Assembly (NCBI GenBank): GCA_900617105.1
Contig: UYFQ01000001.1
Location: 2,108,001-2,172,000 of the forward strand
Length of the DNA stretch: 64,000 nucleotides
Direction: 5' to 3'
DNA from: Hydrurus foetidus
Taxonomy: Eukaryota
This document shows positions 30,712 through 42,338 of this stretch, in pieces; the first letter of the stretch is position 1, and each line of letters opens with the position of its first letter. Both the position numbers and the translations under genes were made by a program. Under the pieces are notes generated by a model. The model saw only the letters and a program-made list of their open reading frames with translations, made no database searches and was not told where the DNA came from.

Positions 30712-31671
30712 TCAGAAACTTCGCAGCACCGTGCCGACTCCTTCTGATTCGCACTTTGAAATAAAAGTAGTTACCCATGCAGGAGTTACTACCCCCGGAC
30801 GGCGTACCCAATTCGAAGTGACACCAGCGCTTTTAGGCCGCACCGGTAGCGTCTTGTGTTCGTGATCGCCAGACCACCATGCCCCATTCATGCTATCGAT
30901 TGAGCTCATTCGCAAAAATGCGAAACCCTTAAGGTCAGAGTTCAACCAAGCAAATTTTGCAAACCAATAATCGCCAATCCGGCGCCAGCCAAAATACACG
31001 CCGACCAGTTCTCCATTGCCCCCGTAGCAGTACGGGGCTACGAGCTCTCCGCGAACTGATCGCACGTAGATGTGACTGCCGGACTCGGTACTGAGCCAGT
31101 CGCCCTCGACAGAGTGAATTTGATAGGGGGTATTTTGGACGACTGCTTCCTTGTCTTTCCATACATTTACTACCTCAGAAACCATGTCTCTTAATTGGGC
31201 AATCTCAGCTTTAAGCGAGCCGATTGCCTCGGCACTTTGAGGTTCAAAAGACGTTACAGATCCACGGTGGGAACCAAGATTGGCCAACGTGTCAATTAAA
31301 GATCGCCGAAGAGGTGCCGTGAGGCTTGCGTTAAGTCTTGTGCGATCGTATTCGATGCTTTGCATGTCTTTAATGTCAAAAGGAAGACTTGCTAGATCTT
31401 GTGTGATCAACAAAATCGGCTTCGACAGTGCCATCGCAAACCCAATTTCCCACATCACATTTGGTTTGTGACCAGTTAGGTCGGCTACACAAAACGTTGC
31501 GGATCTAAGCTCTGAAAGCAGCCGATCAGTAATTCTTCCAGCTGGTCGGGATTCGTCCAATCGAAAGCAGCGGCCTTGGGCTTGAGAAGTGCAGGACTCG
31601 ACAGTACTTTTGATGACCCCGTACACGTCGTCAAACTCCGGGGCAAATGGCATTATTCCGAAACAGTTCAT
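30712..31671 (-). CDS. Nucleoside 2-deoxyribosyltransferase/TIR-like domain protein with unknown C-terminal domain
   Basis: CFGIMPF...ITDRLLSELRSATFCVADLTGHKPNVMWEIGFAMALSKP...LPFDI; visibly lower GC. Confidence 0.7.
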   Translation of the reverse strand: MNCFGIMPFAPEFDDVYGVIKSTVESCTSQAQGRCFRLDESRPAGRITDRLLSELRSATFCVADLTGHKPNVMWEIGFAMALSKPILLITQDLASLPFDIKDMQSIEYDRTRLNASLTAPLRRSLIDTLANLGSHRGSVTSFEPQSAEAIGSLKAEIAQLRDMVSEVVNVWKDKEAVVQNTPYQIHSVEGDWLSTESGSHIYVRSVRGELVAPYCYGGNGELVGVYFGWRRIGDYWFAKFAWLNSDLKGFAFLRMSSIDSMNGAWWSGDHEHKTLPVRPKSAGVTSNWVRRPGVVTPAWVTTFISKCESEGVGTVLRSF

Positions 31672-31753
31672 TTTTTAATTGCGAGATGAGTGCTGAGGCA
31701 GGCAAACTAAGAGCAGGTTGTAGTTAGATCGCTGAAACATTTTCGGCTCGACG

Positions 31754-32032
31754 TCAGGCAGCCACCAACTCCACATTCACTCGCTTACCCAACGCGGCAG
31801 CCGCACTTGCCAGTGTCGTGAGCGTCAGGCTCGTATCCTTGTCGTCCAACAAGCGATTTAGCGCAGCCCGGCTGGTGTGCATTCGCTGCGCCATAGCTGT
31901 TTTAGTTAAACGCTGTGCTTGCATTTCTTCTTCAATCTGAAACGCCAATACTTTTTTGATTGCAGCGGCAGTTGTAGTTTCAAATGTGCCTTCTTCTTTC
32001 AAAAAGTCGTCGAATTTGCTTCCGATGGGCAT
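31754..32032 (-). CDS. HTH (XRE/HigA-like) antitoxin
   Basis: IGSKFDDFLKEEG...TKTAMAQRMHTSRAALNRLLD. Confidence 0.85.
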   Translation of the reverse strand: MPIGSKFDDFLKEEGTFETTTAAAIKKVLAFQIEEEMQAQRLTKTAMAQRMHTSRAALNRLLDDKDTSLTLTTLASAAAALGKRVNVELVAA

Positions 32033-32048
32033 GATGTTGGCCTTTCTT

Positions 32049-32402
32049 TTAAAAATCAATCCGCTTTTCAGCGAGTTCAATATCTTGTGCTGGTGTCGCT
32101 TGCGTCTTTTTGATAAAACCATGCAAAAGCACCATGTGCTTTCCTTTCACGGTGAATAACACGCGGGCAATACGGGTTGGCAATTGCGTCCGCACTTCCC
32201 ACACCTTGCCAGTCAATTTACGCACCAGTGGCATACCCAAAAGCCAGCGAAACTGCACCGCCTTGATGTCTTCGCCGATAGCCTGCCGCTCGTGAGCCGG
32301 CAGTTCCTTGAACCACGCACGCACGGGCTCTGCTCCTGACGTGGTTTGATAAAACACAACATCAAGCACCGGCGGTTTGATACTTGCGCGTTTGATTGAC
32401 AT
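32049..32402 (-). CDS. RelE/HigB-like (Gp49-type) toxin
   Basis: FYQTTSGAEPVRAW...GMPLVRKL...WEVR...LLHGFIKKTQATP; toxin upstream of antitoxin. Confidence 0.88.
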   Translation of the reverse strand: MSIKRASIKPPVLDVVFYQTTSGAEPVRAWFKELPAHERQAIGEDIKAVQFRWLLGMPLVRKLTGKVWEVRTQLPTRIARVLFTVKGKHMVLLHGFIKKTQATPAQDIELAEKRIDF

Positions 32403-32409
32403 CCCAAAG

Positions 32410-32427
32410 CGTACCATATTTGATACG
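32410..32427. promoter_or_regulatory. Imperfect palindrome upstream of higBA-like operon (candidate operator)
   Basis: cgtacca tatt tgatacg. Confidence 0.5.
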
Positions 32428-32456
32428 TTTGAGTCCACGTGGCGTCTTGAATTCAG

Positions 32457-33638
32457 TCAGGTCTTGAGAAGGTGCCCATACAACCAAGACATATCCAGCA
32501 GCTTCTCGCCCAGCAACTTCATCGCAGCATCACGCCCCCAACGCACAGGCCCAGTGGCATGAAAAATCTGCCCATTGCGCAGCGCCCGGGCTTGCACGCG
32601 CGCGTTACGCTGCCAGCGGTTAGCGGCGAAGCGTTGCAAGGCGGCGGCGGCGTTGGCCGCAGTCGCGCCTTTTAAAACCAACCCCAACTCTGCCGCATCT
32701 TCAATCGCCATGCCCGCGCCTTGCGCCAAGTACGGCCGCATCGGGTGTGCGGCATCGCCCAGCAATGCCACGCGGCCTTGCGCCATTTGGTGCGGGCCTT
32801 GCAGAGGTGTGCGGTCGTGCATGACCCACAGGCGCCAATCGGATGCCGCTTGCAGCGTGCCCTGCAATTGCGGGGAGCAATTTTCCATCTGTCGACTTAA
32901 ATCCCCTGCGTTCGCAGTGTGGTCCCAGTTCTGCAAATCATCGGGCACTTTGCCATGCACAAACGCCACCACATTGAGCCACTCGCCGCCCCGCACTGGG
33001 TACTGCACGGCATGCATTTTTGAGCCTAGCCACGCGGTGACGTTTTGACTGCGCAGCTTTTCGGGCAAGTCAGCTTGGCGAATTAAGGCGCGGTAAGCCA
33101 AGTGGCCAAAACGATTCGGTGGGCCGTCGTTTAGCAACTGCTGGCGGGTGTTGCTCCACAGGCCGTCGGCGCCAATCAACACGTCAACCTCGTGCATCAC
33201 ATCGCTGGTTTGTACAAACACTGACTGCGGCATTTGTTGAAACTTTTGTACGGCATGGACAAGTTGTATTTCAATTTGCGTTTGCCTGGCCGCCGACAGC
33301 AACACGGCGTGCAGGTCCGCGCGGTGTAGCGTTAAATACGGCGCGCCGTAGCGCTGGGCCATTGCATCGCCCAAGCGCAATTCGCCCAGCACTTTGCTGC
33401 TTTCCGCGCTGCGCACTTGCAGGCGTTCGGGCGTGCTGGCAACCGCGCGCAAGGCGTCGCTCAAGCCCCATCTTTGCAAAATACGGGTGACGTTCGGGCC
33501 GAGTTGAATGCCTGCACCTACTTCGCTTAAAGCGGCGGTTTTCTCAAGCACGTTGACTGCGCAACCGGCTCTTGCTGCAGAGATAGCTGCCGCCAGCCCG
33601 CCAATACCGCCCCCAGCGATTGCTACTTTTAAACTCAT
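32457..33638 (-). CDS. FAD-dependent aromatic monooxygenase (salicylate/hydroxybenzoate hydroxylase-like)
   Basis: [45 protein letters not shown]. Confidence 0.88.
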   Translation of the reverse strand: MSLKVAIAGGGIGGLAAAISAARAGCAVNVLEKTAALSEVGAGIQLGPNVTRILQRWGLSDALRAVASTPERLQVRSAESSKVLGELRLGDAMAQRYGAPYLTLHRADLHAVLLSAARQTQIEIQLVHAVQKFQQMPQSVFVQTSDVMHEVDVLIGADGLWSNTRQQLLNDGPPNRFGHLAYRALIRQADLPEKLRSQNVTAWLGSKMHAVQYPVRGGEWLNVVAFVHGKVPDDLQNWDHTANAGDLSRQMENCSPQLQGTLQAASDWRLWVMHDRTPLQGPHQMAQGRVALLGDAAHPMRPYLAQGAGMAIEDAAELGLVLKGATAANAAAALQRFAANRWQRNARVQARALRNGQIFHATGPVRWGRDAAMKLLGEKLLDMSWLYGHLLKT

Positions 33639-34898
33639 GCAGCCAGCAATTGGCGCAACACGTAAGGCAAGATGCCGCCGCTTTGGTAGTAGTCGACTTC
33701 AATTGGCGTATCGACCCGCAGCGTGACAGTGACTTCTTGAACTTTGCCATCCGAACGCGTGATGCGCAGCGTGGCATCGCTTTGCGGTTTGAGTTCGGGA
33801 TGCGGAATCACGTCAATCACTTCATTGCCTGTTAAGCCCAAAGTTTGCCACGACTGCCCCGCCTTGAACTGCAGCGGCAGCACGCCCATGCCGACCAGGT
33901 TGCTGCGGTGAATGCGCTCAAAACTGCGCGCCACCACGGCCTTGATGCCCAGCAACTGCGTACCCTTAGCCGCCCAGTCGCGAGACGAGCCGGTGCCGTA
34001 TTCTTCACCCGCAAAAATCACGGTAGGCGTGCCTTCAGCGATGTACCGCATGGCGGCGTCGTAGATGAACATTTTTTCTGGGGCAGCCACAGTGCCTTGC
34101 AGCTTTTTAGATTGAAACAGCGTTACGCCGCCCTCCTCGCGCGAGCCATCTGCATCTGCCGGAATCATCAAATTTTTGATTCGCACATTGGCAAAAGTGC
34201 CGCGCATCATCACGTCGTGGTTGCCGCGCCGCGCACCGTAGCTATTAAAGTCGGCTTTGCCCACGCCGTGCGCCAGCAGCCACTGGCCGGCGGGCGATGT
34301 GCCTTTGATCGACCCTGCAGGCGAAATATGGTCAGTCGTGATCGAGTCGCCAAACAGCGCCATAACGCGAGCGCTTTTAACGTTAAATTGACCCGAAACA
34401 GAGCTGTTTTCAGCATCTTTTGGGGCTGTAGCCGAATGAATACGGGCGCGAGGAGCTTCGTTATTCATAGCAAAATCTTTGAAGAAAGGCGGCTCTGCAA
34501 TGTAAGTGCTGACAGGCCAGGTGTACGCGTTTCCCGTGACTCCTTTGATTTTCTCCCACAACTTGCCGGGCTCGGTTTTTACCTTGGCGTAGTTGGCGCG
34601 AAAGGCTTTGCCGTTCATGGCGTACTTCATGAGTGCGTTGATCTCATCCGTTGTTGGCCAAATGTCGCCCAGGTAAACGTCTTTACCTCCCTTGCCTTTG
34701 CCAACCGGCTCGGTCATCAAGTCGCGCAGCACGGTGCCTGCAATCGCATAGGCCACCACCAGCGGCGGACTGGCCAAAAAGTTGGCCTTTAGATTCGGGT
34801 GAATGCGCGCTTCAAAATTGCGGTTGCCCGACAGCACTGCTGCGCACACCAAGTCGCTTTTGGTAATGGCTTCATTGATCTCGGGTGTCAAGTCGCCT

Positions 34899-34930
<32 letters not shown>

Positions 34931-36583
34931 CGCCAGCGCGAAGCCGAGCTTTTCTAAATACGGCAGCAAGCCAGTCTCAGTTAAATATTCAGTGACGATG
35001 CGTGAGCCGGGGGCCAGTGATGTCTTGATGTGCGGCTGTACTTTCAGCCCAGCCAGCACGGCTTTTTTAGCCAGTAAGCCTGCCGCCAACAGCACGCTGG
35101 GGTTAGACGTGTTGGTGCAACTGGTTATCGCGGCAATCAGCACGTCGCCATTGCCAATGCTGATGCCCGACGCTTCCAGCGGGGCCTCAACGTGGGTACT
35201 GACGCTTGATGCCAGCGTGGGGCGGCTGCCCTCCATTTCAGCGACCATGCGCGGCGCGCCGAGCGGGGTGGGCGGCACGCCGGGTGCGATGTCGGCCAGC
35301 ACGTTGGCGGTGTGCTGCAGCAAGTGTCGCGTGCCCAGCAACGCAGCGCTTTGATTAAAGCCATTGTCGGCAATCGACTTGCTAAAAAGCGATGTGAACT
35401 GCGTGGCCACGTTGCCCAGCTCAATGCGGTCTTGCGGGCGCTTGGGGCCAGCCAAACTCGGCGTGACATCGCCTAAATCTAGTTTGACGACTTGCGAATA
35501 GTCTATGTCGCCCGCGTTGGTTACGCCGAACAAACCTTGCGCCTTGAAGTAAGCCGCGAACGCTTCGATTTCGGTTTTAGTACGTCCCGTGCCTTCAAAG
35601 TACTCGATGGTTTTTTCATCGACCGGAAAGAACCCCATCGTGGCGCCGTACTCAGGCGCCATGTTGCCGATGGTGGCGCGGTCTGGCAGGCTGAGTGTGC
35701 GCGTGCCTTCGCCAAAAAATTCGACGAACTTGCCCACGACCTTTTCTTTTCTCAGTTGCTCCGTGACGCGCAGCACCAAATCAGTCGCAGTCACGCCTTC
35801 GCGCAGTTGGCCAGTCAGCTCAAAGCCGACCACATCGGGCGTTAAAAAATACACCGGCTGGCCGAGCATGGCTGCTTCAGCTTCAATGCCCCCCACGCCC
35901 CAGGCCACCACACCAATGCCGTTGATCATGGTGGTGTGGCTGTCGGTGCCTACGAGTGAGTCGGGGTAATACACGTCACCTTTTGTTTTGTGAACACCGC
36001 GCGCCAAATATTCCAAATTGACCTGGTGCACGATGCCAAAGCCCGGCGGCACCACGCCAAAGGTGTCAAACGCCTGCATGCCCCATTTCATGAATTGGTA
36101 GCGCTCGTTATTGCGTTTGAACTCGAGCTGCATGTTCAAGTCGATTGAATTTTTTTGGCCATAAAAATCGACCATGATTGAGTGGTCGACCACCAAGTCA
36201 ACCGGCACCAGCGGCTCAATCAGTTTGGGGTTTTTGCCCAGCTTGACGGCTACGCTGCGCATGGCGGCTAAATCGGCCAGCAGTGGCACGCCAGTGAAGT
36301 CTTGCAGCACCACCCGCGACACGACGAATGGAATTTCTTGCGTGCGCGCTGCGTTGGGCTGCCAGTTGGCCAGCTCTTTAATGTGCTGCGGCGTGATGCG
36401 TTTGCCGTCGCAATTGCGTAGCACGGATTCGAGCACGATTCGCAGGGAAATGGGTAAGCGCTTGATGTTGGGGTATTGCTTGGCCAGCTCTGGCAGCGAG
36501 TAAAACTTACCCACCTTGGCGGCCTTGCCAGATGCGGTTTTAAATGATTTGAGTGTGGACGAAAAAGCGTGCGATGCGGTCAT
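33635..36583 (-). CDS. acnA: Aconitate hydratase A
   Basis: [65 protein letters not shown]. Confidence 0.96.
34407..34471 (-). repeat. Family A element, intragenic (acnA linker)
   Basis: gggctgta gccg aatgaatac gggcgcgagga gcttcgttattcatagc; peptide [21 protein letters not shown]. Confidence 0.92.
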
Positions 36584-36820
36584 GGCGGGCTCCTGGGCAA
36601 ACGCTGGCGGGGCGTTGGTGGAATGGGGTTGATGCAGTGGGGTTGCGCGGTGCGTTGATTTTGGCGTGCTTTTGCTTGTAGTGGCTCACATCAGGGTGAT
36701 TTGTAGTCGTTGGCTGACAGGGTTTTGCCTTGCCTACTGATGCCGGACAGCACCCGAGTCAAATTACAGTCATTTTTTAGCTTAATCATTTCGGCTACAC
36801 CTCTAACTTACGGACGCATC

Positions 36821-37327
36821 ATGCACAAACCAACTGACGAAAAAACCCTGTGGACTTTGATTGAAGACATCAAATTTGGCATGCTCACGCACCGCCACAC
36901 CGATGGCGAGCTCCACAGCGCACCACTGACCACACAAAACAAAGCGGGCGATGAAGGCTCAAAACTGTACTTTTTTATCTCGCGAAAAAGCGAGTTGGCC
37001 CACTGTTTAGCGGCCAATTCAAGTGTCAACGTTTCATATTCCAACCCTAGTGATGACCGCTACGTTTCTGTGTCTGGCCAAGCCACCATCATTGAAGACC
37101 AGACGAAAAAAGACTATTTATTTACGCCGTTTGCCAAGGCGTGGTTTCCGGGCGGCGCAACTGACCCCGACATGGCGCTGGTTGGTGTAGAAATTGGCCA
37201 CGCCGAATTCTGGAACGTGACCGAAAGCAAAATGACCCAGCTCGCCAAAATGGCCAAAGCGGCTATTACCGGCGAGCCGCCGCAAAAAATGGGTGAGCAC
37301 AAAGAACTCAACCTGAACCTGAGTTGA
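36821..37327 (+). CDS. General stress protein, pyridoxamine 5'-phosphate oxidase-like FMN-binding family
   Basis: [14 protein letters not shown]...VNVSY...YVSVSG...KAWFPGG.DP...AEFW. Confidence 0.85.
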   Translation: MHKPTDEKTLWTLIEDIKFGMLTHRHTDGELHSAPLTTQNKAGDEGSKLYFFISRKSELAHCLAANSSVNVSYSNPSDDRYVSVSGQATIIEDQTKKDYLFTPFAKAWFPGGATDPDMALVGVEIGHAEFWNVTESKMTQLAKMAKAAITGEPPQKMGEHKELNLNLS

Positions 37328-37361
37328 TGCCAAAAGGGCAGTCGCATCGCATAATCACGTG

Positions 37362-37772
37362 ATGCGACTACTCCACACCATGCTGCGCGTTGGCAACCTT
37401 CAACGCTCGATTGATTTTTACACTCAGGTACTGGGCATGCAACTGCTTCGCCGCTCTGAGAACCCGGAATACAAATATTCGCTAGCCTTTGTCGGCTACG
37501 AGGGCAACCCAGCCCAAGCCGAAATTGAGCTGACCTACAACCACGGAACCGACGCCTATGACATGGGCACGGCCTACGGCCATATCGCCCTTGGCGTGCC
37601 AGATGCGTATGCAGCGGTTGACAAAATTAAAGCCGCTGGCGGCAACGTAACGCGCGAGGCTGGGCCAGTTAAAGGCGGCTCAACCGTGATTGCTTTTGTC
37701 ACTGACCCTGACGGCTACAAGATTGAACTTATTCAGCGCAAGGAAGATGCGGCAGGTGCAGGGTTGCGTTAG
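37362..37772 (+). CDS. gloA: Lactoylglutathione lyase
   Basis: [30 protein letters not shown]. Confidence 0.95.
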   Translation: MRLLHTMLRVGNLQRSIDFYTQVLGMQLLRRSENPEYKYSLAFVGYEGNPAQAEIELTYNHGTDAYDMGTAYGHIALGVPDAYAAVDKIKAAGGNVTREAGPVKGGSTVIAFVTDPDGYKIELIQRKEDAAGAGLR

Positions 37773-37783
37773 CCGCTTTTTTT

Positions 37784-37847
37784 GCTATGTCTTAATGAGC
37801 TGCTCGCGCCCGTATTTATTGGGCTACAGGCCTATTTGACCTTAAAA
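37784..37847 (+). repeat. Family A element, intergenic (near consensus)
   Basis: gctatgtcttaatgagc tgctcgcgccc gtatttatt gggc tacaggcc tattt gacc ttaaaa. Confidence 0.95.
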
Positions 37848-37872
37848 CAGACCCTAAATCGATCAAAACGCG

Positions 37873-38535
37873 CTAATTGGCTTGACCATTCAAGCGGCTT
37901 GCCTGAAATGCCAGCGCGGTAACCTGCGCCCAGTTGCCGCGGGCTAAGGCCTCAGGCGGCGTCAACCAAGAGCCACCCACACACACCACATTGGGCAGTG
38001 CCAAAAAATCAATCGCGTTAGCCGCCGTCACGCCGCCAGTGGGGCAAAACCGCACATCGCCAAACGGGCCACCCCAAGCTTTCAGCATCGCCGGGCCACC
38101 GGCCTGCATGGCCGGAAAAAACTTCAGCTCGCTCAAGCCATCGGCCTGCGCCATCATGATTTCACTCCCGGTAGCCACACCGGGCAGCAGCGGCAGGCCG
38201 ACATCGCGGCAGGCTTGCCCCAAGGCAGACGTGTAGCCGGGGCTGACGATAAAACGGGCGCCTGCTATTGCGCTGGCCTGCGCGTCTTGTGGGCTGCGCA
38301 CCGTGCCTGCGCCTACGACCGCTTCAGGCACGTCGCGGGCGATTGCCTCAATACAACTAAGTGCTTGCGGCGTGCGTAGCGTGACCTCTAGCATGCGGAT
38401 GCCGCCTGCCACCAGCGCACGCGCCATCAGCACCGCCTGCGCTACATCGGTCAGCACAATCACCGGAATAACGGGCGAGTCTTGCATCACTTGCAGCGCA
38501 GTGAGTTTTCCGGTCACATCAAGGTTTACGTCCAT
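37873..38535 (-). CDS. eda: KDPG aldolase
   Basis: PVIPVI, LEVTLRT, VGAGT, LKFFPA, FCPTGG. Confidence 0.95.
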   Translation of the reverse strand: MDVNLDVTGKLTALQVMQDSPVIPVIVLTDVAQAVLMARALVAGGIRMLEVTLRTPQALSCIEAIARDVPEAVVGAGTVRSPQDAQASAIAGARFIVSPGYTSALGQACRDVGLPLLPGVATGSEIMMAQADGLSELKFFPAMQAGGPAMLKAWGGPFGDVRFCPTGGVTAANAIDFLALPNVVCVGGSWLTPPEALARGNWAQVTALAFQASRLNGQAN

Positions 38536-40376
38536 GACAAAGCACCTTCTTCAGCCGTTAATGCGCTGCGGCGCATGTGGGTAAAAAGTTCACGGCCCAT
38601 GCCTTGGCTGTCAGCCTCGCGCAGGGCCAGCGGCATGATGTCAAGGGCTCGCGCTGCCCACGCGTCAGCTGCTACCAGCACGTTTAAATCGCCGGTTAAT
38701 GCGTCGAGACGAATGACGTCACCGCTGCGCACCTTGGCCAGTGGCCCGCCCGCAGCAGCTTCAGGCGACACATGAATGGCGGCTGGCACTTTGCCTGATG
38801 CGCCGCTCATGCGGCCATCGGTCACTAGAGCCACTTTAAAACCTTTGCCTTGCAGCACGGCCAGTGGCGGCGTGAGCTTGTGCAGCTCAGGCATGCCGTT
38901 GGCTTGTGGGCCTTGCCAGCGCACGACGCAAATCACGTCTTTTTCAAGCTCGCCAGCGTTGAAGGCATCTAGCAAGCCCTGCTGCGAATCAAACACCCGC
39001 GCCGGCGCTTCAATCACATGGCGGTCATCAGGCACGCTAGACACCTTGATCACGCTGCGGCCCAGGTTACCCATGAGCAGCTTTAAACCGCCGCTGGCGC
39101 TGAACGGTTTTGCCACGCTGCGCACAATCGACTCGTCTTTTGAGTCGCCCGCATCAGCCCAAGCCAGCGCTGCGCCCTGCATAAAGGGCTCGCGCGTGTA
39201 TTCACGAATGCCGCCCGTGCGCACCGTCAATACGTCGGCATGCATAAAGCCCGCGTCAAGCAGCTCTCGTATCACCAGCCCGGTGCCGCCCGCCGCTTGA
39301 AACTGGTTCACGTCGGCGCTGCCGTTGGGGTACACATGCGTGAGTGTGGGCACCACATCTGACAGGTCAGAAAAATCATTCCAGTCAATCGTGATACCGG
39401 CTGAATACGCCACTGCCACCCAGTGAATCAAATGGTTGGTGGACCCACCCGTGGCCAGCAGCGCGACCATCGCATTCACAATCGCTTTCTCATCGACGAT
39501 ATGACCAATCGGTGCATACCTTTTTGACTTGATGATGCCCAAAACCATTCGGGCAGATTCACGCGTCAGCTCGTCGCGCAAGTCGCCGCCGGGCGCCACA
39601 AACGCGGTGCCCGGTACGTGCAGGCCCATGGCCTCTAACAGCATTTGATTGCTGTTGGCGGTGCCGTAAAACGTGCAGGTACCGGGCGCGTGGTACGACT
39701 TCATCTCAGACTCAAGCAGCTCGGCGCGGCCTACCAAACCTTGCGCTGCAAGCTCGCGGGTTTTGGCTTTTTCTTTGTTTGAAATGCCTGATGGCATCGG
39801 CCCGGCCGGCACAAACACAGTCGGCAAGTGGCCAAAATGCAGCGCACCAATCAACAGGCCCGGCACAATTTTGTCGCACACGCCTAGCAACAGCGCGGCA
39901 TCAAACATGTCGTGCGACAACGCCACGGCGGTGGCCATGGCAATCACATCGCGGCTGAACAAACTGAGTTCCATACCGGCAGTGCCTTGCGTGACGCCGT
40001 CGCACATGGCGGGCACGCCGCCAGCTACTTGCGCGGTGGCGCCACGCTTGCGCGCTTCGACTTTGATGAGGTCTGGATACGGTTGCATGGGCGTGTGGGC
40101 CGACAGCATGTCGTTGTAAGCCGTCACTATGCCAATGTTAGGGACGTGCTCAGCTACTATTTTGAAGCGGTCATCCACCGGCGCGCCGGCCACTGCGTGA
40201 GCCAGGTTGGCGCAGCCCATGCGGTCGGCGCTTCTGGCCCGCGTAGCGGCAGCGTTGATTTGTGCGAGGTAGGCGTTGCGGCGAACTCGACTGCGCTCAA
40301 TAATGCGCGCGGTAACGCGGGCAACTACCGGGTGAAGCGAGGGCACCGGGGTTAAGTCGGGAGGCGAGGTAGCCAT
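38526..40376 (-). CDS. edd: Phosphogluconate dehydratase
   Basis: [46 protein letters not shown]. Confidence 0.95.
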   Translation of the reverse strand: MATSPPDLTPVPSLHPVVARVTARIIERSRVRRNAYLAQINAAATRARSADRMGCANLAHAVAGAPVDDRFKIVAEHVPNIGIVTAYNDMLSAHTPMQPYPDLIKVEARKRGATAQVAGGVPAMCDGVTQGTAGMELSLFSRDVIAMATAVALSHDMFDAALLLGVCDKIVPGLLIGALHFGHLPTVFVPAGPMPSGISNKEKAKTRELAAQGLVGRAELLESEMKSYHAPGTCTFYGTANSNQMLLEAMGLHVPGTAFVAPGGDLRDELTRESARMVLGIIKSKRYAPIGHIVDEKAIVNAMVALLATGGSTNHLIHWVAVAYSAGITIDWNDFSDLSDVVPTLTHVYPNGSADVNQFQAAGGTGLVIRELLDAGFMHADVLTVRTGGIREYTREPFMQGAALAWADAGDSKDESIVRSVAKPFSASGGLKLLMGNLGRSVIKVSSVPDDRHVIEAPARVFDSQQGLLDAFNAGELEKDVICVVRWQGPQANGMPELHKLTPPLAVLQGKGFKVALVTDGRMSGASGKVPAAIHVSPEAAAGGPLAKVRSGDVIRLDALTGDLNVLVAADAWAARALDIMPLALREADSQGMGRELFTHMRRSALTAEEGALSWT

Positions 40377-40421
40377 GGGGGCACCTTTCAAAATGAGGGC
40401 TAATCAAACCCACTGCGGGTT

Positions 40422-40436
40422 TGTAATTTAGTTACA
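40422..40436. promoter_or_regulatory. Putative HexR operator upstream of edd-eda
   Basis: TGTAATTTAGTTACA fits the TGTAAT-N3-ATTACA-type HexR palindrome. Confidence 0.7.
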
Positions 40437-40530
40437 CGCTTTATCGTAACTGCTACCATCCTAAAAAGCTGTAGTCCGAGTTACCAACAGGTTACTAAAC
40501 CCACCAGCCGCCCCCAGCAGGTGCGCCAGG

Positions 40531-41058
40531 CTATTGCAGCGTTACTTCAACCCGGCGGGCTTCGGCGTCGCTGCCGCTGGCAGTCATTTGCTCGGGCTTT
40601 TTGAGCTCCATGGCGGACTCAAGAACGCCGGCAGCTACCAACGCGTCACGCACGGCGAAGGCACGCAACTTGGCGAGTTCAGCGTTTTTAGTTGCGCTGC
40701 CGGTAGCATCATGAAAACCAGAAATGACTAATTTGCGGCCCGCTTTGGCGCCTTTAATTACGTCGGCCAATGCGTCGGGTGCGCCCGAAGCCAGGTCAGC
40801 CTTGCCGGAGGCAAAGTAAAACTTCACCACGCCGTTTTCAACTTTTACGCTGGCCGCGTCTTGGGCGGCTTGCGCTGCAGCTGCGGGCACAGGCGCTGCG
40901 GCTACAGCAACGACTGCAGCGGGTGCGGCTGCCGGCGTTGCAGCCTTGCCGCGCTGATAAACGGCTACGCCAATGACGGCCGCAATCACCAAGGCGACCA
41001 CACCCATTACAAACGCCAAAATAAAACCCTGCTGGCTGTCATCATCTTGAGAAAACAT
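40531..41058 (-). CDS. OmpA-family domain membrane protein
   Basis: N-terminal TM, Ala-rich linker, FYFASG...SGFHD.TG...NAELAK.RA...RRVEV. Confidence 0.85.
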   Translation of the reverse strand: MFSQDDDSQQGFILAFVMGVVALVIAAVIGVAVYQRGKAATPAAAPAAVVAVAAAPVPAAAAQAAQDAASVKVENGVVKFYFASGKADLASGAPDALADVIKGAKAGRKLVISGFHDATGSATKNAELAKLRAFAVRDALVAAGVLESAMELKKPEQMTASGSDAEARRVEVTLQ

Positions 41059-41097
41059 GGCGAAACATCCTTTTTTAAACTGCCCGCATTGTAAAGT

Positions 41098-41715
41098 GTG
41101 CAGGTGACACAGTCTGCACCCTTACGCACCACCCACGCATCGCAGCCAGCGCATTCGCTCGAAGGCATAGTGGCCCAGTGGGGCGGCAAAACTGACTTGT
41201 GGATTTTTGGATATGCCTCGTTAATCTGGCGGCCCGAATTTGCGTTTGCCGAGCAGCGTTTTGCCACTGCCCGCGGCTACCACCGCGCTTTAAAAATGTG
41301 GAGTACCTATAACCGCGGCTCGCCTGAGCGGCCAGGCCTGGTTTTTGGCCTGCTGCCCGGTGGCAGTTGCAAAGGCGTGGTGTTTCGCATCCCGCGCGCA
41401 AAAGTAGCTGCGGCGCTGGTGCCGCTGTGGGAGCGCGAAATGCCCAACGCCGTGTATGACCCCAGGTGGCTGCGCTGCCAAACCGTGCACAACGGTGAAA
41501 AGTCATCGGTGACGGCGCTGGCTTTCACGCTGTCTAAAAACAGCCCCGACCATACCGGCGAACTGGCGCACGCTGCCTATCAAAAAATATTCGCTGAAGC
41601 GACCGGGCGCTACGGCACGACCCGCGATTACGCCCAGCAAACCTACGATGGCCTTCGCAAAGTGGGCATACACGACCGCGCGCTGGGCGACTTGTTAAAG
41701 CGGTTAAACGATTGA
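41098..41715 (+). CDS. ChaC-like gamma-glutamylcyclotransferase
   Basis: LWIFGYASLIWRP, RGSPERPGLV, LWEREM, GRYG. Confidence 0.9.
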   Translation: MQVTQSAPLRTTHASQPAHSLEGIVAQWGGKTDLWIFGYASLIWRPEFAFAEQRFATARGYHRALKMWSTYNRGSPERPGLVFGLLPGGSCKGVVFRIPRAKVAAALVPLWEREMPNAVYDPRWLRCQTVHNGEKSSVTALAFTLSKNSPDHTGELAHAAYQKIFAEATGRYGTTRDYAQQTYDGLRKVGIHDRALGDLLKRLND

Positions 41716-41736
41716 GAGATTAAGCGAGTCAGCGCA

Positions 41737-42303
41737 TCAGCCTGGGCGGGCGCGTATCAAGGTTTCCGCCCGCTGCAAGTCGCCTAGCGTGTCAATGTCA
41801 GTGACGATGCCAATGTCGTCCAGCTGTATTTCTACTACTAAATTCATAGCTGCTCGCGCCTGAATCAATTGGGCTGCACCCTGATTTCCCTTGAAATTTA
41901 GCAGGTTTTCCTTGCAAACCGCGTCAAACCGTACAGGGTGGCCACGCTGGCCCTGGTAGCTGGGCACCAGCACAGCGCACGGCGCCGCAAACGCAACAGC
42001 GCGCAGCGTTTGCGCACTAACCAAAGGCAAATCTGCCGGCAAAATTAGCCAGCAAGCAGCATCAGGCGTGGCCCGCACGCCCGCTGCAATAGAGTCGCCC
42101 ATCCCTGGGCGGCTGGGGTCGCTGTCTATTACATGAAACGCCAATCCACTGGCTTTGACGGCCGCCAATGTGTGCTCCATCACGGGCTTACCGGCAAGCA
42201 GCGCTTGCAGTTTGTGAACCTTGCCGCCAGACGCCGCAAAGCGCTCACCTCGCCCAGCAGCCAAAACAATCACTACCGGTGAAGCGGGCATAGTCAGTTG
42301 CAT
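41737..42303 (-). CDS. MocA/MobA-like nucleotidyltransferase
   Basis: VLAAGRGERF, GMGDSI, PADLP, GHPVRF, DIDT. Confidence 0.88.
   Translation of the reverse strand: MQLTMPASPVVIVLAAGRGERFAASGGKVHKLQALLAGKPVMEHTLAAVKASGLAFHVIDSDPSRPGMGDSIAAGVRATPDAACWLILPADLPLVSAQTLRAVAFAAPCAVLVPSYQGQRGHPVRFDAVCKENLLNFKGNQGAAQLIQARAAMNLVVEIQLDDIGIVTDIDTLGDLQRAETLIRARPG
41834..41896 (+). repeat. Family A element, intragenic (MocA-like)
   Basis: actactaaattcatagc tgctcgcgcct gaatcaatt gggc tgcaccct gattt ccc ttgaaa. Confidence 0.9.
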
Positions 42304-42338
42304 GGTTTTAAAAATAGTGCGATCTTTATACTTCGAGT

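Noticed and set aside
31700..31740. gttagat / ATCTAAC as an integron attC core next to the NDT-like gene
   Set aside because: No matching partner core site or attC-like hairpin, and no integrase in the window
32457..33638. FAD monooxygenase as kynurenine 3-monooxygenase of the kyn operon
   Set aside because: It is on the opposite strand, coupled to acnA, and its motifs fit generic salicylate-hydroxylase-like enzymes; substrate cannot be assigned
33845..34792. Long antisense ORFs (also 11025-11825, 51222-51917, 59470-60240)
   Set aside because: Shadow frames of high-GC housekeeping genes with no recognisable motifs
40105..40168. Possible eroded family A copy in edd (gctactattttgaagc)
   Set aside because: The box is 16 rather than 17 bp and the arms match poorly; left uncounted pending a profile search
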